A stretch of 64,000 bases of DNA from Sedimentisphaerales bacterium (GCA_040772485.1 JAXGYC010000009.1:32001-96000), one strand, 5' to 3'. Counted from the first letter of the stretch, positions 18,601 to 29,428 are shown. Translations and numbers: made by a program. The notes: a model not told the origin generated them from the sequence alone.

Positions 18601-19293
18601 ATGGGTGACTGGGCAGGGCATGGTACGACGGTCTTCTTCGACCTGGACGGGACGCTGACCGACCCGAGGGAGGGGATCACCCGGTGTCTTCAATACGCTC
18701 TGGCGCAGCTCGGTCGTCCGGTTCCGCCGCAGGCCGAACTGGTGCAGTACATCGGCCCGCCTTTGCGATGGACGTTCCCGCGTCTGCTGGCGAGCGACGA
18801 CAAGGCCCTGGTCGATGCCGCGCTCGAGCATTATCGGCGACGCTATGCGGACGTCGGCCTCTTCGAGAACGAACTCTACACCGGCATTCCCGAATCGCTC
18901 GAGACCCTGCGCGACGACGGGTTCCGGCTCCTCGTCGTCACGTCCAAGCCGGCGGTCTATGCCGAGCGGATTATCGATCACTTTGAGCTGACGGAGTATT
19001 TCGAAGACGTGTTCGGGCCGGACCTGGACGGCCGGTTCGACGACAAGGGCGAACTCGTCGCCCACATCCTGCACGAACGAGCCATCAGGCCGGAGCGAGC
19101 GATCATGGTCGGTGACCGGGCCAGCGATATTCTGGCCGGCAAGGTCAACGGCACGCGCACCATCGCGGTGACCTACGGCTTCGGCAGCATGGAGGAACTT
19201 GCCGCCGCGAAGCCCGACCGCACCTGTCACGACCCAGCGGAGATTTGTGACGCACTCGGCAGTCTGCATGGCGGGACGCAGGCGGAGCATTGA
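18601..19293 (+). CDS. HAD-family hydrolase (phosphoglycolate phosphatase/5'-nucleotidase-like)
   Basis: FFDLDGTL, VTSKP, MVGDRASD. Confidence 0.9.
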   Translation: MGDWAGHGTTVFFDLDGTLTDPREGITRCLQYALAQLGRPVPPQAELVQYIGPPLRWTFPRLLASDDKALVDAALEHYRRRYADVGLFENELYTGIPESLETLRDDGFRLLVVTSKPAVYAERIIDHFELTEYFEDVFGPDLDGRFDDKGELVAHILHERAIRPERAIMVGDRASDILAGKVNGTRTIAVTYGFGSMEELAAAKPDRTCHDPAEICDALGSLHGGTQAEH

Positions 19294-19365
19294 CGGGGTC
19301 CTTCGTTTGTGCTAAGAAGGCCCGGTGACACATTCGATATCCGTGAGCATGAAAGGGGCGAGCGC

Positions 19366-19710
19366 ATGTTTGTGCAGGGCAACGACGACGGTTACTCGAC
19401 GCCCATCGAGGGCATTCGGCAGAAGACTCTGGCCTATGGGGCCAGGACGTTGATGACGGAGTTCCGGCTGGAGGGCGGACGTGTTCTGCCCCTGCACCAG
19501 CATCCCTACGAGCAGACCGGCTACCTCGTGCGCGGAAGGCTGCGCCTGACCGTGGGACAAGAGCGGCACGACACCCGCCCCGGCGACAGTTGGTGCATCC
19601 CGCCCGACGTGATCCACGGCGCCGAGGTGCTCGAGGACAGCGTCGCCATCGAGGTCTTCTCGCCGGTCCGCGAGGACTATCTGCCTCGCGCCCACCCCGC
19701 CGGCAGCTAA
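19366..19710 (+). CDS. Cupin domain protein (KdgF-like)
   Basis: HQHPYEQTGY, PGDSWCIP, HGA, EVFSPVREDY. Confidence 0.85.
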   Translation: MFVQGNDDGYSTPIEGIRQKTLAYGARTLMTEFRLEGGRVLPLHQHPYEQTGYLVRGRLRLTVGQERHDTRPGDSWCIPPDVIHGAEVLEDSVAIEVFSPVREDYLPRAHPAGS

Positions 19711-19737
19711 GCCCCATTCTCGATCGCCGGATGAGGC

Positions 19738-20724
19738 CTAACCAAAGTGGAGTTCGACAATGTCCTTGTCGTGCAGGACGTGGGTGAGGTGGACGTTCTG
19801 GCCGTCGTGGACGCCGGTGCCCCAGCACTTGGCGCTCTTGAGCTTCTCGGCCAGCTCGCGGTGGATCGTGCGGGCCAGGTCATGGACGGTCGAGCCGGCC
19901 GGCAGCGTGAAGGGGTCGTTCATGTCGGGGGGCTTGCCCGGCGGCTTGGCATAGACGCGAATGATCGCCAGCGTATCGAACAGGAACTTCGCGAAGGCGT
20001 CCAGGCCCTCGCCGGTCTGTGTGGAGATCTTCACGAACTCCAGCGGCCTTTCGCACGACTTCTTCGCCAGCTCGAACGCGCCGTCGGCCGCGATGTCCGC
20101 CTTGGTGCACAGGCAGAAGGCCTTCCGGCCGAGTGCGTTGCCATGGCCGTCCGTCGCGGGCGTCTTCTCGTCCAGCAGCAGGTTCCGCGATTCGAGGAAG
20201 TCCAACAGGATCAGCAGTTGCTCTTCGACGTCTTGTGACAGGTCGACGACGATCGCGATCAGGTCGCCGTTGCGATACGTGCCCACCTGGCCCGGCGCCG
20301 TGTAGTCGGCGGTGATCGGTGGCATGTCCACGAGTTGAATCTGCACGTCCTCGTACTTGACCATCCCCGGCACCGGCGCGTGCGTGGCGAAAGAGAACTC
20401 CGCCACGGTGACCTTGGCGTGGGTCAGGGCCGCGAGGATGGCGCTCTTGCCGGAGTTCGGGGTTCCCAGCAGGACCACCTGCCCGGCCCCCGAACGCGGG
20501 ACGTGGAAGATGTCTACGTGCTTGCCCGCCTTCTTCTGCTGCGTGGCGGCGTCCTTGAGCTGGCTGAGTTTGCGCTTCAGGTCCGCCTGGAGATGCTCGG
20601 TCCCCTTGTGCTTGGGCATCACCGCCAGCATCTGCTCCAGCGCGAGCATCTTCTCCTCGTTCATCGAGGCGCTGCGGTACCACTGCTCCGCTTTGAAGTA
20701 GTCTGGTGTCAGGTTCGCCGGCAT
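19738..20724 (-). CDS. DRG/OBG-family GTPase with C-terminal TGS domain
   Basis: MPANLTP start, GTPNSGKS, IQLVDMPP, TKAD, TGS IRVYAKPPG...HVLHDKDIVELH. Confidence 0.85.
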   Translation of the reverse strand: MPANLTPDYFKAEQWYRSASMNEEKMLALEQMLAVMPKHKGTEHLQADLKRKLSQLKDAATQQKKAGKHVDIFHVPRSGAGQVVLLGTPNSGKSAILAALTHAKVTVAEFSFATHAPVPGMVKYEDVQIQLVDMPPITADYTAPGQVGTYRNGDLIAIVVDLSQDVEEQLLILLDFLESRNLLLDEKTPATDGHGNALGRKAFCLCTKADIAADGAFELAKKSCERPLEFVKISTQTGEGLDAFAKFLFDTLAIIRVYAKPPGKPPDMNDPFTLPAGSTVHDLARTIHRELAEKLKSAKCWGTGVHDGQNVHLTHVLHDKDIVELHFG

Positions 20725-20843
20725 AGGAACCACACTCAGCCGCTATGCTTTCTTCTGGGCTACGCTTGGCCCATTATACAGGATCGGCCCCCGATGAGAA
20801 CCCCCCATCGCCACGACTCGACTGCGGCGATATTCACACACGC

Positions 20844-22598
20844 TTAACGCGATTGCTCCTTCTCGGCGTAATACGCTTTGATCGCATCCATCGTCTCCTG
20901 GGGATAATCCGTAGCGAAACTGACGCAGCCCAGATCGAGGAGTCGTTGATAGGTCTCAGGCCGGTCGCCCTGCGTCCAGGAGAGCGTCTGAAAGAGAATC
21001 CCATAGCGACGTAGTTCTTCGCCGGTCCTTTTCAGAAATGTCTCGCTGGGCGAAAAGACGCCGTTCTCGGCAATCGAGACGTGAATCTGAAGCTGATCGA
21101 TATGGGCGAACTTCACGTCACGCAACGCGGCCAGTCGCCGGGCCAGATCGTCCTCCTTGCCGCCCATCCAGTGCAGTGTCTTCGAACGCGGGGCGACCTG
21201 CTTCCACTCTGTGAGTTCATCGTACTTCGTCGAGGCCACAATCAGCCGGGGATGATACCCCAGCGTCTGTCGTGCCAAGACGTCGAAGTCGATCTGTTTG
21301 ATGTCGATATAGAGCATGCGATCGGGATGCGCGTCGAGAGCCTCGAGCATCCGGGCCAGGCTGATGATCCTCTGGCCGGCGAACGATTCGCCCCGGAACG
21401 CACCGATGTCAAGCTGTTGCGTTTCGGCGAAGGTCAGGTCTTCGATTCCCTTCTTCTTCAACTCCTCCGGCGCATCCGGGAGAATGCGGGCAAAGTTGGT
21501 GTCGTGGAACGAGACGATGACTCCATCCCTGGTCATGCGGAGATCCGCCTCCGGAACCATGTGGAGTCTCCAGGCCATCTCGAAGGATTCCAGCGACCCT
21601 TCCGGAGCGGCGTTTCCGTAGCCGCGATGCGCCTGCACGATGACCTCCTCGAACGGAATGTGATCCCGCACGTTCCAGATGCCCGCCAGCGGCTGCGCAT
21701 AGTACTCATCCAACGCCTGCATCGCGATATCCGGTCGGTCGGTGCTGAGGCCTGCCGTTCCGAGGTCCAGAAGACGTCTGTAATAATCGACCCTGTCGCC
21801 ATGTTCGCCGACGCCCCAGGGCATCGTCTGGAACTCGATGCGCCGACGACGCAATTCGCTGCCCGCTTTTCTCAGGCAAGATTCGGAGGGCACCGTTGTC
21901 CCATCCTCGTTGAACCGGACGTGAATCTGAAGATGCGTGACACCTTCGAAATCCGATGCCCGAAGCGCCGCGAACCGCTCTTCAATGTCCTCGTCCGTCG
22001 CCTTTCCCAGTCCCATCCACAGCATCGCTCCGGAAAGCGGCGCCATCTTGCGCCATCGCCGGGCTTCGTCATCCTTGCCCGTTGCCAGCACGATCTGTTC
22101 GTGAAGTCCCTCGGTTGCTCTGGCCAGGAGATGGAAATCGGCATTCTTGACGTCGACATATACCCGGCGCCAGCGATCCTGACGCAGCGCCTCACAGATC
22201 TCCTCCAGACTGACAATTCTCTGCCCGGCGAACGCGGCGCCGCGAAACGCGCCGATGTCGAGCCGTCGCGCTTCGTCATAGGTAAGGTCTTCCAGTCCCT
22301 TCTTCTTGGCCTCTTCGGAGGCATCGGGGAGAATCCGGGCGAAGTTGTTGTCGTGGAACATCATGATGACGCCGTCTTTGGTGGTTCGGACGTCCACTTC
22401 CGGAATCCCGCCCATGCGCCAGGCCAATTCGAGCGCCTCCATGGTGTTCTCCGGCGCCAGATACCCCGCGCCGCGATGTGCGATGACCGTGACCGACTCT
22501 TGCGGCACATTTCGAATGTTCCATTGGAGTTCATCGGCGGCGCTCGTCGCCACGCTCATCAAGCATAGCGCAACACAGAATCGGATGGCCTGTTTCAT
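20844..22598 (-). CDS. Secreted tandem (two-domain) glycerophosphodiester phosphodiesterase
   Basis: Two AHRG...PE...E.D.R.T.DGV...HD sets, ending TDRP and TDYP; signal peptide. Confidence 0.85.
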   Translation of the reverse strand: MKQAIRFCVALCLMSVATSAADELQWNIRNVPQESVTVIAHRGAGYLAPENTMEALELAWRMGGIPEVDVRTTKDGVIMMFHDNNFARILPDASEEAKKKGLEDLTYDEARRLDIGAFRGAAFAGQRIVSLEEICEALRQDRWRRVYVDVKNADFHLLARATEGLHEQIVLATGKDDEARRWRKMAPLSGAMLWMGLGKATDEDIEERFAALRASDFEGVTHLQIHVRFNEDGTTVPSESCLRKAGSELRRRRIEFQTMPWGVGEHGDRVDYYRRLLDLGTAGLSTDRPDIAMQALDEYYAQPLAGIWNVRDHIPFEEVIVQAHRGYGNAAPEGSLESFEMAWRLHMVPEADLRMTRDGVIVSFHDTNFARILPDAPEELKKKGIEDLTFAETQQLDIGAFRGESFAGQRIISLARMLEALDAHPDRMLYIDIKQIDFDVLARQTLGYHPRLIVASTKYDELTEWKQVAPRSKTLHWMGGKEDDLARRLAALRDVKFAHIDQLQIHVSIAENGVFSPSETFLKRTGEELRRYGILFQTLSWTQGDRPETYQRLLDLGCVSFATDYPQETMDAIKAYYAEKEQSR

Positions 22599-22753
22599 TG
22601 CTCGTCTCGTTTGAACCGGATCGTCCGTGAGGTTCCGTTGGCCTTCAAACAATCGGGCGGCAGCCTGTTTGCGAGGTGTCCCTCAGGGCATGAGACACAC
22701 CTTCCGGGGTGACCGCAAACACACTGCCGCCCGCAACAAGTCCTTTCGCGTCG

Positions 22754-23842
22754 CTACCCGGCGACCTTTTCGGCGACGAGGTCACCGACTTGGCTGGTGG
22801 AATAGCCCATCTTCCCGGCGGCCAGGCTCTTGAGCTTGTTCGCGGTCACGTACATCACCGCCTTCTCGATGGCGTCGGCCGCCTTCTCTTCGCCCAGCGT
22901 CGCCAGCATCATCTGCGCCGAGCAGATGGCCGCCAGCGGGTTGATCACGCCCTTGCCCGTGTATTTCGGGGCGCTGCCGCCGATGGGCTCGAACATGCTG
23001 ACGCCCTCCGGGTTGATATTGCCCCCGGCGGCGATGCCCATGCCGCCCTGGGTGATGGCGCCGAGGTCGGTGATGATGTCGCCGAACAGGTTGCCCGTGA
23101 CGATCACGTCGAACCACTCGGGGTTCTTCACCATCCACATGCACGTCGCATCGACGTGATAGTACTCGCGCGTGACGTCGGGATACTCGGCCTTGCCGAT
23201 CTCATGGAAGGCCCGCTCCCACAGGTCGTAGATGTACGTCAGCACGTTGGTCTTGCCGCACAGCGCCAGCGTGTTCTTGTCGCCCTTTCCGCGCGCCTTC
23301 TTGCCGTGCTTGCGTGCGTATTCAAAGGCGTACCGCAGGCAGCGATCGACCTGATGCCGCGAGTAGACGGCCGTCTGCACGGCCACCTCGTGCGGCGTGC
23401 CCTTCATCGTGAAGCCGCCGGCGCCCGTGTAGGCGTCGCCGGAATTCTCGCGGACGACCACGTAGTCGATTTCGTTGGGGCCCTTGTTCTTCAGCGGGCA
23501 CTCCACGCCCGGATAGAGCCGGACCGGACGCAGATTGATGTACTGGTCCAGCGCGAAACGGGCCTTCAGCAGAATGCCCTTCTCCAGGATGCCCGGCGCG
23601 ACGTCCGGGTGGCCGATGGCCCCCAGCAAGATCGCGTCGAATTTCCGCAGCTCCTCGACGGCGCTGTCGGGCAGCGTCTCGCCCGTTCGCTTGTATCGTT
23701 CGCCGCCGAAATCGAATTCGGTCAGATCGACCTGGAAGCCGAACTTCGTTGCGGCGGTCTTCAGCACCTTCACGGCCTCGGCCGTCACTTCCGGCCCCGT
23801 CCCGTCTCCGGGCATCACTGCAATCTTGTACCTCTTTGCCAT
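22754..23842 (-). CDS. leuB: 3-isopropylmalate dehydrogenase
   Basis: PGDGTGPEV, NLRP, VRENS, NLFGDIITD, FEPIGGSAP. Confidence 0.9.
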   Translation of the reverse strand: MAKRYKIAVMPGDGTGPEVTAEAVKVLKTAATKFGFQVDLTEFDFGGERYKRTGETLPDSAVEELRKFDAILLGAIGHPDVAPGILEKGILLKARFALDQYINLRPVRLYPGVECPLKNKGPNEIDYVVVRENSGDAYTGAGGFTMKGTPHEVAVQTAVYSRHQVDRCLRYAFEYARKHGKKARGKGDKNTLALCGKTNVLTYIYDLWERAFHEIGKAEYPDVTREYYHVDATCMWMVKNPEWFDVIVTGNLFGDIITDLGAITQGGMGIAAGGNINPEGVSMFEPIGGSAPKYTGKGVINPLAAICSAQMMLATLGEEKAADAIEKAVMYVTANKLKSLAAGKMGYSTSQVGDLVAEKVAG

Positions 23843-24076
23843 CCAGCTACTTCCTTTCTTGTTCACGTTTTCGAATTCAACTCAACTTCCATCCCGCCCC
23901 GATGATTCCTGCCAGTGCCAGAACCCACACGTAGGGCCGGTGCAGGATCAGCGTGCCGATTATACAGTTCTGCCCGGCCGTCTTCATAGCCTTCTATCCA
24001 CTTGAAATCCCCGTCCGGCCAGCACCGGTTGCGTTCAACCATCTTCTCCGATTCACACCCGTCTTCGGCACGCGCC

Positions 24077-25738
24077 TCATCGGTCCTGCTTCGGGCGGAC
24101 CCACCAGTCGCTCTCGGATATCAACTCCTTGCCCACCTCGCCGACCCGCCCACCCGAGTCGATGTGGATTTCACTCGGCACGGCGAAGATTCTGTACCTG
24201 TAGAATGTGTCGCCCCCGAACATCCGGTTCCCAGCGGGCGCATCCACCATGACAGGGAATGTGACCCCCTTGTTCTTAACGATCTGGCGGACGTTCTCCA
24301 GGTCCGCGCCCTCGGCGTGTGGGTGAACGGAGACAAAGAGCGGCCTGTCCGTGGATCTCAGCGTATCGCCGTATTGGGCCTGCAGGCGCGGCAACTCGGA
24401 CATGCACGGCCCGCACGCGATCGACCAGAAGTGTAGGATGATCGGCCTGCCCTTATGCCCGGCCAGATCGATCGGCTCGCTGTTGATCCACCCAGATCCC
24501 CGCAGGGCGGGGGCCGGACCTCCGCGCAGATGGGCGTAGAATGCGTCCCTGGCCTGGGCCCCGGCCAGCAATCGGTCGATCTTGCTCTGTGGATCGCCGA
24601 CCGTGTAGGCAATCCCGCGGACTGTGTCCGCAACGCCGTACCCTTGCGGCAGGACCGGGGCGAACGCGCTCGCCTCGCATTCTGGATGCGAGACAAAGCT
24701 CTCCAGAACCAACCGCGACCGCTGAGAGACCTCTCTCCGCTGGTCGGAGTTGGTCCGATACACGGTAAACTCCACCTGGAAGGGCATCTGAACGCCCTCG
24801 TCCACTTTATGGAAGTCCTGGTAAGTGATCTCTTGAGACGGGAAGATCGCCATCTCCAGGCCCGGACGATGTCCCTCAGTCCCCAAGGCCCAGCGAACGA
24901 CGGCAAAGCCGAGTTTCGGGTCCACCGCCAGACGGGTTGTTATCGCATGGGAGGTTTTATCCTCCGCCTTGGCCGTGGGATCGATCAGGACAGTGCGTGG
25001 CATGGATCTATCCCTTGACGCCAACTCGGCCTCGTGTTCTTCGTCCCACTGGTCTGCCTCTTGCTGGGTTCGGAATATGGGATACTCTTCTTTCGTCGTC
25101 CGCTCCAGAATATAACAGGCGCGTTCGTTTACCCGCGTGCACACCGGCAGCAGGCGTATCTCAGGGCCTTCTAAGCAGTCGAACGGATGACGCGGCAGGT
25201 CCCCATGCCCTCGAAGAGCGGAGTCCCCAGGAATCTGGGGCAGGAACGCGGGCAGTGTAGGGGCAGAGCCCCAGCCCATGTTGTTGCCCACACTGTCAAT
25301 CAGGGCGCACTTTCTGTCCGGCCAGACGATGTGGACAGTGTTGCCATCGCAGGCCGCCTCCCACGGTTGCGTCTTTTCGCCGCCGGATGATGTGCTCTGC
25401 TGCCAACTATACCATTTGACCCCGTCCGAGATCGTGCGAAAGCGCGTCTCCTCGCGGAAGTGCGATGGCGAACTCTGGATGAACGTCGTCGCGTAGCGAG
25501 CCTCCCAGGAGGTCAGCCCCTCGAAGGACTTCAGCCAGCTTCGCACACCGGCGATGACCTCATTGACCTCCACATGCGGCAGGCCCGCTTGCTCCCTCGG
25601 GATCGTTTCCCACTCCTCCACCGCCTTGATCACCAGCGGTGCATTGCGATTCAGCGCCCGCGCCTGGCCCCACGCGCTGCTTGTTGCCAGAATCGATGCG
25701 GCCACCAACACTGCCCGGAATCCGATTGCTCTCCCCAT
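24077..25738 (-). CDS. Secreted protein with C-terminal TlpA/redoxin domain
   Basis: Signal peptide; LHFWSIACGPC and FAVP cis-Pro; AAGGAG RBS. Confidence 0.75.
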   Translation of the reverse strand: MGRAIGFRAVLVAASILATSSAWGQARALNRNAPLVIKAVEEWETIPREQAGLPHVEVNEVIAGVRSWLKSFEGLTSWEARYATTFIQSSPSHFREETRFRTISDGVKWYSWQQSTSSGGEKTQPWEAACDGNTVHIVWPDRKCALIDSVGNNMGWGSAPTLPAFLPQIPGDSALRGHGDLPRHPFDCLEGPEIRLLPVCTRVNERACYILERTTKEEYPIFRTQQEADQWDEEHEAELASRDRSMPRTVLIDPTAKAEDKTSHAITTRLAVDPKLGFAVVRWALGTEGHRPGLEMAIFPSQEITYQDFHKVDEGVQMPFQVEFTVYRTNSDQRREVSQRSRLVLESFVSHPECEASAFAPVLPQGYGVADTVRGIAYTVGDPQSKIDRLLAGAQARDAFYAHLRGGPAPALRGSGWINSEPIDLAGHKGRPIILHFWSIACGPCMSELPRLQAQYGDTLRSTDRPLFVSVHPHAEGADLENVRQIVKNKGVTFPVMVDAPAGNRMFGGDTFYRYRIFAVPSEIHIDSGGRVGEVGKELISESDWWVRPKQDR

Positions 25739-25888
25739 CGCTTGTCTCCTTTTCCGTTCAGAGTTCCGCTTTCTTCTTGATCTGGTCGAGCAGGCCGCCG
25801 TTGCGGATGACCTCCCGAGCGAGACCCGCCCATGGCGTGAACTGTACCATGTGTCTTGTTCGTCTTGTCGTGGATCACGCGGCACTTT

Positions 25889-27361
25889 TTACCCTCGATT
25901 CGGGTTTGGCGTGGGCATGGCCGCCCCGACCTTGTTGCGCCATTCGTGCAGCATCCGGCGAAGCTCAGCGGCCTTCTCGGGCATTGCCCCGGCCAGGTCC
26001 TTCGTTTCGCCGAGATCGTCGCGCAGATTATACAGTTCGACGCGATGATCCTCATAGAACTCAATCAGCTTATAGTCACCCAGCCGGACCGCTCCGCCGG
26101 GCGAGCCGCCCTGGTTGCCGTAGTGCGGATAATGCCAGTGAAACGCGCGGTCCTTCTGCGGACTCTGCTGCCGCAGCAGGGCGACCATGCTGCGACCATC
26201 CAGGTGCTGCTGCGGCGCCGCAGGCAGACCCGCTATTTCCAGCATGGTCGGATAGAAGTCCGTGCTGATCACCGGCTCTTCGCACACGCTGCCCGCCCGG
26301 ACCTGTGCGGGCCAGCGAACGATCATCGGTTCGCGAATCCCGCCCTCATACAGCCATCCTTTGCCCGCCCGCAGCGGCAGATTGCATGTTGGATGGCCCT
26401 CGGAGGTCGCCAGGCCGCCGTTGTCCGACATGAAGAACACGACCGTGTCCTGCGTCAGATCGAGCCGGTCGAGCGCATCGAGCACCTTGCCCACGGCCTG
26501 GTCCATCGCCTCGACCATGCCCGCGTAGACCGCGTGATCCTGCACGAGCCGGACCTCGCGGTCGCCTTCCCTGCCCCAGGCCGGGCCATCGTGCGTCACG
26601 GTCCTGGCCTTCGCTTCATACTTGGCCTTGAGGTCCTCTCTGGCCATCAGGGGCGTGTGCACGGAGTAGAACGCCAGATAGGTCAGGAAGGGCCCGTCTC
26701 GATGCTCTTCGATGAAGCGGCATGTCTCGGTCGCCAGCCGGTCGGGCAAGTGCTCGCCGTCGGGCCCATCGGGCAGTCGCGGATTGCCATAGGGCGAGAA
26801 GTATCTCTTGCCGCCGTAGGGTCCGCCCCGGTCATGGCCGCCCTTGTTCACGTCGAAGCCCTGGTCTTCCGGCCAGAATCCCTCCGGCCCCAGGTGCCAC
26901 TTGCCCGCGAAGAAAGTCGCATACCCATGCTGCTTCAGCGTCTCGGCGACAGTCACTTCCTCCAGCGGCACCCGGTCGCGATAGCGCGCGGGCAGGAGCG
27001 GCTTGTTCCGCGTCCAGTGCTTCTGCACGGTGTCCGGCTGCGGCGCGCCGAAATAGTCGGTCGTCCGAAGCCGGGCCGGATATTTGCCCGTCATGATGCT
27101 GGCCCGCGTCGGCGAACACACCGGGCAGGCGGCGTAGGCACTGGCGAAGCGCATCCCCTCGGCCGCCAGCCGATCCACGTTCGGCGTTTCGTAGAACCTG
27201 CTGCCATAGCAGCCCAAATCCGTCCAGCCCAGATCGTCCACGAGGAAGAACACGAAGTTCGGCCTTCGCGGCCCGCTGCTGTCTGCCAGCGCGCGCGATA
27301 CGCCGCAGGCCGGCAGCAGTGCGGCCGTTCCCAGAGCTCTCAGAAAATCGCGTCGGTTCAT
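25889..27361 (-). CDS. Tat-exported sulfatase (S1 family)
   Basis: NRRDFL Tat motif; DDLG; CSPTRAS; GKWHLG; SDNGG. Confidence 0.95.
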   Translation of the reverse strand: MNRRDFLRALGTAALLPACGVSRALADSSGPRRPNFVFFLVDDLGWTDLGCYGSRFYETPNVDRLAAEGMRFASAYAACPVCSPTRASIMTGKYPARLRTTDYFGAPQPDTVQKHWTRNKPLLPARYRDRVPLEEVTVAETLKQHGYATFFAGKWHLGPEGFWPEDQGFDVNKGGHDRGGPYGGKRYFSPYGNPRLPDGPDGEHLPDRLATETCRFIEEHRDGPFLTYLAFYSVHTPLMAREDLKAKYEAKARTVTHDGPAWGREGDREVRLVQDHAVYAGMVEAMDQAVGKVLDALDRLDLTQDTVVFFMSDNGGLATSEGHPTCNLPLRAGKGWLYEGGIREPMIVRWPAQVRAGSVCEEPVISTDFYPTMLEIAGLPAAPQQHLDGRSMVALLRQQSPQKDRAFHWHYPHYGNQGGSPGGAVRLGDYKLIEFYEDHRVELYNLRDDLGETKDLAGAMPEKAAELRRMLHEWRNKVGAAMPTPNPNRG

Positions 27362-27376
27362 AGGCACCTGTCGCTC

Positions 27377-28846
27377 TTACGGGGCGAAGCGGATTCCCTT
27401 TGCGCGTTCGATGGTGAAATGGCCTTCATTCGGACTGCGGACGAGCGCGCCGTTGATGCGCAGGTTCTCGATCGTGACGTTCTGCACGCTGTGCTCATCG
27501 TTATCGTAGCCGATCAGGAACGAGACGGGGGGCTTATCTGCGGTCACGTCGATGTCCTTGAAGTGCACGTTGCGGATGCGTCCTCGCCTGGCCGCATACG
27601 TGCTCAGTTCCTGGTCCGTTACGGGCATCCACTGCCCGAGCGGGCTGCGCTTGCGGTCCGGGTTCTGCCGATGATATTCCTGGGGACAATCCCCGCTGTA
27701 GATCGACAGGCCGATGCGAAACTCGATCAGCTTCTCGCGCGAGTCCTCGACGCGGATGTCCTCGAATCGGATGTTCTCGACGGTGGCCCAGTCCCCGTTG
27801 TGGATCGTGAAGGTGCCGCCGCGTTCGACGTGGATGATGTCGCAATCCTTGAACACGATGTCGCGAACGGACTCGGTTTGCAGTTCGAAGCCGATCTCCA
27901 TCGCGTTGCCCCACTCGGCGTTCCACAGCACCGAATTGACGACCGCCACCTTCCGGACGTCGCGCAGGCCGCTCTCGCCGCCCTCGAAATAGGCCGGCGA
28001 CGCCTTGACCGCAATACAGTCGTCCTTCGTTCGCAGGAACGAATCGGAGACCGTCAGGTTGTGACAGCCGACGATATCGACGCCGTCGTCGTTGTCGCGC
28101 CAGCCGACGATTTTGACGTTGTCGATCTTTACGTTGTCCGACCGGATCGGCACCACGGTCCAGCCGTAACTGCCGAGGATCACGATGCCGCTTACCTCCA
28201 CGCCGGTGCACCTGGAGAACTTGAGCATCTGCGTCTTGGTGTCGCGATGCGTACCGTCCAGAACACCATACCCGGCCACACGCACATTCCTGGCGCCCTC
28301 GGCCCGCACGCGGCCGCGCACCACGGCGCCGCCGGCAATGTAGAGCATTTCGCCGCTGGTCAGGATGATCTCGCCGACATCGTGAACCTTGCCCGGCCCG
28401 AAGTAGTGCATCCGCTCGTGGTCCGGCTTCGGGGTTTTCTTCTCGGGCGGATTGGCGAACAGAAACAGCGGCCGCTCGATGTCCCCATCCAGCTCGATGC
28501 TCAGTTGGCACGGACGGTCCAGGTCGAAATAGATCGTTCCATCCTCGACGGTGAAACCCACGTTGCGGCTTTTGGGCCGGATGTCTACCCGCGCAAATGC
28601 CTTCTGAGGCGTCACCGAAACGCGCACCTTTCCTCTGAACGAGAACGTGCAGAAGGCCGCAATCGCCGAGTCGTGGACGAACTGCGCCTGGCCGTCGACC
28701 TTCACCTGGAAATCTGAGGCCTGCGGCGCACCTTCCGGCGTTGGATAGGTCACCACGGCGGCGCGCGCAGGGGCCCAAAGGCCCGTCGCCAGCGCTGCGA
28801 CGACGAGCGCGGTCCATCGCATGGATCGTCCAGGTCTCGAAGGCAT
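27377..28846 (-). CDS. Parallel beta-helix glycoside hydrolase (GH28-like)
   Basis: YFGPG, YIAGGA, NDDGVD, KDDCIAVK; signal peptide. Confidence 0.7.
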   Translation of the reverse strand: MPSRPGRSMRWTALVVAALATGLWAPARAAVVTYPTPEGAPQASDFQVKVDGQAQFVHDSAIAAFCTFSFRGKVRVSVTPQKAFARVDIRPKSRNVGFTVEDGTIYFDLDRPCQLSIELDGDIERPLFLFANPPEKKTPKPDHERMHYFGPGKVHDVGEIILTSGEMLYIAGGAVVRGRVRAEGARNVRVAGYGVLDGTHRDTKTQMLKFSRCTGVEVSGIVILGSYGWTVVPIRSDNVKIDNVKIVGWRDNDDGVDIVGCHNLTVSDSFLRTKDDCIAVKASPAYFEGGESGLRDVRKVAVVNSVLWNAEWGNAMEIGFELQTESVRDIVFKDCDIIHVERGGTFTIHNGDWATVENIRFEDIRVEDSREKLIEFRIGLSIYSGDCPQEYHRQNPDRKRSPLGQWMPVTDQELSTYAARRGRIRNVHFKDIDVTADKPPVSFLIGYDNDEHSVQNVTIENLRINGALVRSPNEGHFTIERAKGIRFAP

Positions 28847-28851
28847 CGATC

Positions 28852-29340
28852 TCAGCCTTTCAATTCGGCGGCGATCTTGTTCAGCAGGCCGCCGGCGGCG
28901 ATGATCTCCAGCGCGAAGTCAGGCAGCGGCTGGAACTTGATCTTGCGGCCGTTGGTCTTGTCGTGGATCACGCCGGCGTCGTAGTCGATCTCGACCTCGT
29001 CGCCGTCGGTGATCTTCTCGACGGCCTCGGCCGACTCGATCAGGTAGAATCCGCAGTCGATCGCGTTGCGGTAGAAGATCCGCGCGAACGATCGCGCGAT
29101 CACCGTTTGGACCTTCGCGCCCCGAATCGCCCAGACCGCGTGCTCGCGACTGGAGCCGCAGCCGAAGTCGTCGCCGGCCACCACCACGTCACCCGGCCGG
29201 ACCTTCTTGACGAAGTTCACGTCGAGGTCCTCCAGACAGTGTGTCGCCAACTCCGCCTCCGCGTCCGTATTCAAGTACCGCGCCGGAATGATCTCATCCG
29301 TATTGATATGATCCCGCTGATACACATGTGCCTTGCTCAT
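28852..29340 (-). CDS. leuD: 3-isopropylmalate dehydratase small subunit
   Basis: [31 protein letters not shown]. Confidence 0.95.
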   Translation of the reverse strand: MSKAHVYQRDHINTDEIIPARYLNTDAEAELATHCLEDLDVNFVKKVRPGDVVVAGDDFGCGSSREHAVWAIRGAKVQTVIARSFARIFYRNAIDCGFYLIESAEAVEKITDGDEVEIDYDAGVIHDKTNGRKIKFQPLPDFALEIIAAGGLLNKIAAELKG

Positions 29341-29377
29341 TCCTCTGTCCTCACTTCTGATGGAGCCACCATGGCAT

Positions 29378-29428
29378 GAATATCAAAGATCAAATCGCAA
29401 ATATCAAAATCACAAATCAAGATGCCAA
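29378..29428. repeat. AT-rich heptamer arm (3' side of the four-helix-bundle remnant)
   Basis: atatcaaagatcaaatcgcaaatatcaaaatcacaaatcaa. Confidence 0.75.

Noticed and set aside
25856..28717. 953-aa plus-strand ORF and similar long antisense ORFs (30063-32450, 59537-61438, 12656-14404, 61957-63717)
   Set aside because: Shadow ORFs opposite well-supported genes in GC-rich DNA, with no recognisable motifs
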